NCBI GenBank assembly: GCA_052386995.1 | Contig: JBQTJP010000269.1 | Location: forward strand, 1 to 17,851 | Source of the DNA: Armatimonadota bacterium | GTDB lineage: Bacteria; Sysuimicrobiota; Sysuimicrobiia; Sysuimicrobiales; Humicultoraceae | DNA: 17,851 nucleotides | Direction: 5' to 3' | Made by a program: the position numbers and the translations under genes | The notes under the pieces: model-generated | Seen by the model: the letters and a program-made list of their open reading frames with translations, nothing else | The model's database searches: none | What the model was told of the DNA's origin: nothing | In this document: piece by piece, positions 8,566 to 14,446 of the stretch | Layout: the number at the start of each line of letters is the position of its first letter | How positions within the stretch are numbered: position 1 is the stretch's first letter

Positions 8566-8646
8566 GGCGTGCCCGCAGCGATGGCCGGTGCACCGAGAGT
8601 GCAACACCGACGCCCGGTGTAGCGCCGGGCACAGAGGAGGACGCAG

Positions 8647-9726
8647 ATGCCTGAACTCGTCACGAAGACCCTGGACCCCAGGCGTCCCTACGATCAGTGG
8701 CTGGAGCGCGAGGGTTTGCCGGTCTATGCCGGATACTTCATTCAAGACCTCGCGTCTGTCCCGGTAGGACCGTGGCAGCGCAGGGGCGGGCGCGGGGCCT
8801 ACGTCGTCCTCGAGGGTACCGGGGGGACCAACGATTGCTACGTGTGCGAGATCCCGCCCGGGGGGAGCCTGAAGCCGCAGCGGCACCTCTGCGAGGAGGT
8901 CATCTACGTCCTCCGCGGCCGCGGCGCCACGACGGTGTGGCAGGACGGATCTCCGCGGCGGACATTCGAATGGCATGAGGGATCGCTCTTCGCGGTCCCG
9001 CTGAACACCTGGCACGAGCATCACAACGGGGCCGGAGACGAGCCGGTGCGCTATGTCGGCGTCACGACCCTGCCGCTGGTGCTCGACCTGTTCCACAACA
9101 TCGACTTCATTTTCAACAATCCCTATGTCTTCACGGATCGCTATGCGTCGGAAGACGCCTACTTCAGCACCGAGCCCAAGTCGCTGGTCGGCCGCTTCAT
9201 GGAGACGAACTTCGTTCCCGATCTGCGCGGCCTGCGGCTGCACGAGTGGAAAGAGCGTGGCGCCGGCGGCACCAATATCATGTTCGAGATCGCCGACAAC
9301 ACGATGATCGCGCACGTCTCCGAGTTTCCGATCGGGACGTACAAGAAGGCGCACCGTCACGGACCGGGAGCGCACGTCGTCATCCTCAGCGGCAAAGGGT
9401 ACACGCTGATGTGGCCCGAGCGCGGCGAGCAGGTCCGCATCGACTGGAAGCCGGGCAGCCTGCTTGTGCCGCCGCTGCAGTGGTTTCACCAGCACTTCAA
9501 CGCCGGCGTGGAGCCGGCCCGGTATTTCGCGGTGCGGTGGGGGAGCAAGAAGTACCCGATGCCGGGGCTCGCCTGGAACCAGGACAACGTGGACAAGAGC
9601 CTCAAGAAGGGCGGCGACCAGATCGAGTACGAGGACGAGAACCCACAGATCCGGGCGGTATTCGAGGGCGAACTGGCCAAGGTCAAGGTCCAGTCAAAGA
9701 TGCCGGCCGGATCCAAGACCGGGTAA
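8647..9726 (+). CDS. Bicupin (two cupin domains), gentisate-1,2-dioxygenase-like architecture
   Basis: AGGAGG RBS at 8635-8640. Domain 1: PQRHLCEEVIYVLRGRG...GSLFAVPLNTWHEHHN. Domain 2: AHRHGPGAHVVILSGKG...GSLLVPPLQWFHQHFN. Confidence 0.88.
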   Translation: MPELVTKTLDPRRPYDQWLEREGLPVYAGYFIQDLASVPVGPWQRRGGRGAYVVLEGTGGTNDCYVCEIPPGGSLKPQRHLCEEVIYVLRGRGATTVWQDGSPRRTFEWHEGSLFAVPLNTWHEHHNGAGDEPVRYVGVTTLPLVLDLFHNIDFIFNNPYVFTDRYASEDAYFSTEPKSLVGRFMETNFVPDLRGLRLHEWKERGAGGTNIMFEIADNTMIAHVSEFPIGTYKKAHRHGPGAHVVILSGKGYTLMWPERGEQVRIDWKPGSLLVPPLQWFHQHFNAGVEPARYFAVRWGSKKYPMPGLAWNQDNVDKSLKKGGDQIEYEDENPQIRAVFEGELAKVKVQSKMPAGSKTG

Positions 9727-9747
9727 CGCGCGACCCTCCGGGCAGGC

Positions 9748-11265
9748 GTGGCGTCGCAGCATCACGCCCACATGTCTTCCCATGATCATAGACATGATCA
9801 CGCGCATGAGCATGAGATTGGGGGCGTTATCAGGCCGGAAGTGCTCGAGCTCACGAGCGTCGGGCTCGACATCGGCTCGACCACGTCACACCTCACGCTC
9901 TCCCGCCTGACCCTCCACCGGCAGGGGCGTCATCTGTCGAGCCGCTACGAGGTGGTGGGACGTGAGCCGATCTACCGCTCGCGTGTGCTCCTCACGCCAT
10001 TCCGCGATGCGCGGCAGATTGACGGGCGGCGTCTGGCGGCGTTCTTCGCACGTGCTTATCGGGACGCCGGCATATCACCCGATGCCGTGGATACCGGCGT
10101 GACGATTGCCACCGGTGAAGCCGCGAAGAAAGAGAACGCCCCCGCGGTGGCCCAGGCGGCGGCGTCGGGCGCCGGGCGGTTTGTGAGCGTTGCCGCTGGG
10201 CCGTCGCTGGAAGCGATGCTCGCCGCCTTCGGCGCAGGCACAGCAGAACGCTCCCGGCGGGATCACAGCACGATCCTCAACGTCGACCTCGGCGGGGGGA
10301 GCTGCAAGGCCGCGGTGGTGTCCCGGGGCCAGATCGTCGCGACCGCTGCGATCAGCGTCGGCGCCAGACTCGTCGCGTTCGACCGTGAGGGCCGGGTGGA
10401 CCGGATCGAGGAGCCGGGGCGGCAGATAGCGGCGTCCCTCGACATTCCAGTGCGGTTGGGGCGCACGCTCTCGCTGGCGGCGCGGCGGAGGCTGGCACGG
10501 CGCCTGGCCGACCTCACGATTGGCTTCATTCGGGGGCGCCGCCTGGCCGCGCCGGGGCGCCGGCTGCTCCTCACCGCCCCGCTCGGTGGCCCGCACCACC
10601 TCGACGCGCTGTGCCTGTCCGGCGGGGTCGCAGAGTACTTCTACGGACACGAACGGAAGGACCACGGCGATCTCGGGATGCTCCTGGCACGGGAGCTGCG
10701 CGAGCGCCTCCCGTTGTTGCGCGTTCCGATCATCGAGCCCGACGAGCGTATTCGCGCGACGGTCATCGGCCTCTCGCAATATACCGTGCAGCTCAGCGGC
10801 GGCACGATCTACACATCGGACGCGGCGGTCCTGCCCCTTCGCGACCTCCCGGTGGTGCCCGTCCGCCTCGACGGCCCTGCGATGAGCGGGGACGCGGTGA
10901 GCGCTGCGGTTGTGCAGGCGTTGAACGCGTCTGAGCTCGAGGGAGGTCTGTGCGCGCTGGCCGTTTCCTGTGATATCGACCCGACGTATGCGCAAGTGCG
11001 CGGGCTGGCCGAGGGCATCGGCGCTGCACTGGCGCTGGTCAGATGGGGGCTGAAGCCCGCGGTGCTGGTTTTCGATCGGGACATCGCCGGGCTCGTGGGA
11101 GCGCTGTTGACCAAAGAGCTGCGGTATCCCGGACCGGTCGTGTCCATCGACGAAGTCGATGTGCGGCAGTTCGAGTACGTCGATATCGGCGCGAGGTTGC
11201 CCGACGGCGGTGCCGTCCCGGTCGTGGTGAAATCACTGGTTTTCGGCAGCGAGCGACACCTGTGA
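9748..11265 (+). CDS. eutA: EutA-family (ethanolamine ammonia-lyase reactivase-like) ASKHA-fold ATPase with His-rich N-terminus
   Basis: Motifs SVGLDIGSTTSH, TGEAAKKENA, FVSVAAGPSLEA, NVDLGGG, LSGGVAEY, IRATVIG...LSGGTIY, SIDEV and VPVVVKSLVF are collinear with EutA. Alternative start at ATG 9772. The symbol denotes family, not proven function. Confidence 0.88.
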   Translation: MASQHHAHMSSHDHRHDHAHEHEIGGVIRPEVLELTSVGLDIGSTTSHLTLSRLTLHRQGRHLSSRYEVVGREPIYRSRVLLTPFRDARQIDGRRLAAFFARAYRDAGISPDAVDTGVTIATGEAAKKENAPAVAQAAASGAGRFVSVAAGPSLEAMLAAFGAGTAERSRRDHSTILNVDLGGGSCKAAVVSRGQIVATAAISVGARLVAFDREGRVDRIEEPGRQIAASLDIPVRLGRTLSLAARRRLARRLADLTIGFIRGRRLAAPGRRLLLTAPLGGPHHLDALCLSGGVAEYFYGHERKDHGDLGMLLARELRERLPLLRVPIIEPDERIRATVIGLSQYTVQLSGGTIYTSDAAVLPLRDLPVVPVRLDGPAMSGDAVSAAVVQALNASELEGGLCALAVSCDIDPTYAQVRGLAEGIGAALALVRWGLKPAVLVFDRDIAGLVGALLTKELRYPGPVVSIDEVDVRQFEYVDIGARLPDGGAVPVVVKSLVFGSERHL

Positions 11266-12113
11266 GCCGAGGAGGAACGTCCGTTCCCTGGCCCGCCAGC
11301 GTGGGTGTCATTGGACTCGGTCGCATGGGCCTGCCGATGGCCCGTCATCTCCTGACCGCGGGGTTTGCCGTCTGGGGGTGCGATACCGACTCGCAGCGGG
11401 GCGAGCTGCTGGTTGGGGCAGGCGGAACATCCGCAGAGTCGCCGCGCGCGCTCGGTGAAGTATGTGACGCGATCCTGGTCATGGTCGCCGACGATGCGCA
11501 GGTGACGACGGTGACCGTGGGTCCCGGCGGGGCTCTGGAGTCGGCCCGCGCGGGATCGGCGCTCATCATCGCGAGCAGCGTGACACCGCAGACGTGCACG
11601 CACATCGCAGAGGCGGCCCGCGCGAAAGGGGTGGGTGTGCTCGATGCGCCGGTGACCAGGGGACAGCGCGCCGCGGAAGCGGGAACGCTCACGGTTCTGG
11701 TCGGGGGCCCCCGCGAGGTGTTCGAGCGCTGCCGGCCGGTCTTCGCGGCATTCGGCCGGCAGGTGTTTCACCTCGACGAGCAGGTAGGCGCCGGGCAGGT
11801 GGCCAAGATGGCCAATAACCTGCTGTTATGGACGGGCGTGGCAGGCGTCCACGCCGCGTTTTCCCTGGCACGCCGACTCGGCGTTCGGCCCACCCGTCTG
11901 CGCGAGGCGCTGGCGGCGAGCAGCGCGGATAGCTACGTGCTACGCGAGATGGAGCTCCTCACGCTGGCCTGGCCCGAGAAGGACCTGGCGCAACTCGCGG
12001 CGATGGCGGACGATGCGGGCATTGCGCTGCCGCTCGTCGGCTACGTGCGTGAACTCATGCGGGGGTTGACGCGGGAGGAGCTCAGGCGGTTGTGCAGCGA
12101 CGAGATACCGTGA
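11262..12113 (+). CDS. NAD(P)-dependent beta-hydroxyacid dehydrogenase (3-hydroxyisobutyrate / tartronate semialdehyde reductase family)
   Basis: GTGA overlap with the upstream stop. Rossmann motif VGVIGLGRMG, substrate loop LDAPVTRG and catalytic Lys in AKMANN. Confidence 0.9.
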   Translation: MSRGGTSVPWPASVGVIGLGRMGLPMARHLLTAGFAVWGCDTDSQRGELLVGAGGTSAESPRALGEVCDAILVMVADDAQVTTVTVGPGGALESARAGSALIIASSVTPQTCTHIAEAARAKGVGVLDAPVTRGQRAAEAGTLTVLVGGPREVFERCRPVFAAFGRQVFHLDEQVGAGQVAKMANNLLLWTGVAGVHAAFSLARRLGVRPTRLREALAASSADSYVLREMELLTLAWPEKDLAQLAAMADDAGIALPLVGYVRELMRGLTREELRRLCSDEIP

Positions 12114-13876
12114 GGACGCTCGAATACGGCTCTGACCTGATCGTCGATCTGCTCAAAGCCTACGAGATCGAGTACGCTGCCCTCAACCCGGGCGCGACGT
12201 TCCGAGGCCTGCACGACTCCATCGTGAACTATGGCGGGAACCGCACCCCGCAAATCATTCTGTGCTGCCACGAAGAGATTGCGGTTGCCGTCGCCCACGG
12301 CTACGGTAAGGCAAAGGGACGGCCGATGGCGGCGATCGTGCACGACATCGTCGGACTGCTCCACGCACAGATGGCCGTCTACATCGCCTGGTTGGATCGC
12401 GCGCCGCTGCTGGTGCTCGGGGCCACCGGCCCCATGGCCGTCGAGCAGCGGCGTCCCTGGATCGACTGGATCCACACGGCCCAGGTCCAGGGACAGGCGG
12501 TACGCGATTACGTCAAGTGGGACGACCAGCCCGCGAGCCTGCAAAGCATCGTTGAATCATTCATCCGCGCGCACCGGATTGCAACGACCGATCCACAGGG
12601 GCCCATCTATCTGTGCTTCGACGCCGCGCTGCAGGAGCAACGGATCGATGAAGGAGCGACAATCCCAGACCTCGCGCGGTTTGCGGCTCCCGCGCGTGCG
12701 CAGGGCGACCCCGCCGCGCTCGAGGCCGCCGCGCGCTGGCTGGTCGAGGCGGAACATCCGGTGGCCCTGGCGGATTACGTGGGGCGGAACGCGAAGGGGG
12801 TCGAGGTGCTCGTCGAACTCGCGGAGCTGCTGGCGCTGCCCGTGGTCGACCTGGGCAGCCGGTTCAACTTCCCGAACACGCATCCCCTCGACCTGACTGG
12901 AACCCAGGAGGAGTTGCTTGGGCAGGCCGATGTGGTCCTGGCGCTCGACGTCTTTGATTTACAAAAGGCACTCTTCACCGTGGACAGGACGAGCCGCCTG
13001 GCACGCCCGCTCATCGGCGATGGCGCGAAGGTCATCCACATCTCGCTGAACGACCTGATGGTCCGCAGCTGGGCCCAGGAGCAGGGCCGCCTGCAGGCCG
13101 TCGATCTGGCCATCGCCGCGGATACGGCTGTGGCGGTGCCGGCGCTGACCGCCCGGTGCCGGGCGATGCTGGAGCGCGAACCGGGGCTTGGGGCATCCGC
13201 GCGCGCGCGGAGCGCGAGGAGGCTCTCAACGCTTGAGGCGATGCGCCGCCGGCTGCGCGATCGATGGCGCGACAATGCGGAACGGACCCGCGATGCGCGC
13301 CCGATCGCCTTCTCGCGCTTGGCGTCCGATCTCTGGCAGGTGGTCAAGGACGAGCACTGGGTCCTGGTCAATCGGACTCTGCGCGGCTGGACCCGTCGGC
13401 TGTGGGACTGGACTGCCCCCTCGCAATACGTGGGGGCCCTCATGGGTGGCGGGGTCGGCTACGGCGTCGGGCATTCGATCGGCGCGGCCTTGGCGCATCT
13501 GGGGAGCGACGCCCTCTGTATCGACATCCAGCCCGACGGCGACCTGCTCTACACGCCGGGCGCTCTGTGGACGGCGGCGCACCACCGCATTCCGCTGCTT
13601 GTCGTCATGTTCAACAACCGGTCCTATTACAACGACGAGGACCACCAGATCCTGATGGCGAAGGCCCGGGGCCGGCCGGTGGAGAACGCGCACATCGGTC
13701 TGCAGATCGTCGATCCCCCGGTGGACTTCGCCGGGCTGGCGCGGTCGTTTGGGGTCCACGGCGAAGGGCCGGTCGAGGATCCCGCCGATCTCCGTCCGGC
13801 CCTGGAGCGCGCAGTCCGGTATGTGAAGAAGGAGAGACGGCCCGCGCTGGTGGACGTTATCACCGAATCCCGCTAA
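12110..13876 (+). CDS. Thiamine diphosphate-dependent enzyme (acetolactate synthase / benzoylformate decarboxylase superfamily)
   Basis: GTGA overlap with the upstream stop. Motifs NPGATFRGLHDS, CHEEIAVAVAHGY (catalytic Glu), GPIYL, a ThDP motif variant QPDGD...FNNRSY and PALVDV. Confidence 0.93.
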   Translation: MRTLEYGSDLIVDLLKAYEIEYAALNPGATFRGLHDSIVNYGGNRTPQIILCCHEEIAVAVAHGYGKAKGRPMAAIVHDIVGLLHAQMAVYIAWLDRAPLLVLGATGPMAVEQRRPWIDWIHTAQVQGQAVRDYVKWDDQPASLQSIVESFIRAHRIATTDPQGPIYLCFDAALQEQRIDEGATIPDLARFAAPARAQGDPAALEAAARWLVEAEHPVALADYVGRNAKGVEVLVELAELLALPVVDLGSRFNFPNTHPLDLTGTQEELLGQADVVLALDVFDLQKALFTVDRTSRLARPLIGDGAKVIHISLNDLMVRSWAQEQGRLQAVDLAIAADTAVAVPALTARCRAMLEREPGLGASARARSARRLSTLEAMRRRLRDRWRDNAERTRDARPIAFSRLASDLWQVVKDEHWVLVNRTLRGWTRRLWDWTAPSQYVGALMGGGVGYGVGHSIGAALAHLGSDALCIDIQPDGDLLYTPGALWTAAHHRIPLLVVMFNNRSYYNDEDHQILMAKARGRPVENAHIGLQIVDPPVDFAGLARSFGVHGEGPVEDPADLRPALERAVRYVKKERRPALVDVITESR

Positions 13877-13954
13877 GGGGGCTTCCAGCATCGGCGCGCC
13901 CGCTGCCCTCATCGCTCGCTCCTGAAAAATCAATTTGATAATCAAAATGCACAA

Positions 13955-14113
13955 GTGGATGTCGTCGTCACGCAAGGAAGGACGGTCGACGAGTTGATGT
14001 CCAACCTCCAGGAGGCGATAGCGCTTCATCTCGAGGGGGAGGACGTGGAAGCGTTGGGGCTGTCCAAGAGAGCCCGCATCCTGGTCGCGTACGAGATGCC
14101 GATCGCGTTGTAG
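13955..14113 (+). pseudogene. hicB: HicB-like (UPF0150) antitoxin, N-terminally truncated
   Basis: Not in the ORF track. Translates VDVVVTQGRTVDELMSNLQEAIALHLEGEDVEALGLSKRARILVAYEMPIAL*, and TQGxTxDE...EAIALHLE is the HicB core. The upstream in-frame sequence has no ATG and lacks the N-terminal strands. Confidence 0.7.
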
Positions 14114-14143
14114 GCCGCGGATGAGCATCTGGTGACTGCATGA

Positions 14144-14446
14144 ATGTCCCCCGGGCTCAGGCGGCTGACGGCGCGTGAGGTCCTCAGGGCTCTGGGGTCT
14201 TTCAGGTTCGAGGTCGTAGCGACGCGCGGCAGCCACGCGAAGCTGCGACGGGTTCTGCCAGATGGGCGACGGCAGACCCTGACGGTTCCGGTTCACAGGT
14301 CGCTTGCCCCCGGCACGCTTCGCGCCATCCTCCGCCCGGCCATCCGATTTGTCCCAGAGCCCGATCTGCGACGCTGGTTTCTTGCTCCGTGTGGCGGATG
14401 GCGCCCCGTCGTGGCCTGGGTGGCAGCGTGGCAGGAATCACCCTAA
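14144..14446 (+). CDS. hicA: HicA family toxin (mRNA interferase, dsRBD-like fold), possibly with read-through C-terminus
   Basis: Motifs REVLRAL..F.FEVVATRGSH (catalytic His) and TVPVH..LAPGTLRAIL. Lies directly after the hicB-like fragment. Confidence 0.85.
   Translation: MSPGLRRLTAREVLRALGSFRFEVVATRGSHAKLRRVLPDGRRQTLTVPVHRSLAPGTLRAILRPAIRFVPEPDLRRWFLAPCGGWRPVVAWVAAWQESP

Noticed and set aside
11043..11261. Upstream extension of the dehydrogenase ORF
   Set aside because: It overlaps the EutA-like gene out of frame. The Rossmann motif begins just after the GTG at 11262.
9748..11265. Interpreting the locus as an ethanolamine utilization (eut) operon
   Set aside because: No eutB/eutC, shell proteins or other eut genes are present in the window.
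13935..13946. FNR/CRP site (TTGAT...ATCAA)
   Set aside because: The half-sites are 1 nt apart rather than the 4 nt FNR requires.
623..14296. Long antisense or alternative-frame ORFs (e.g. 623-1780, 2747-3868, 6237-7583, 7792-9495, 13226-14296)
   Set aside because: These are shadow ORFs of well-supported genes in high-GC DNA, with no recognisable motifs.
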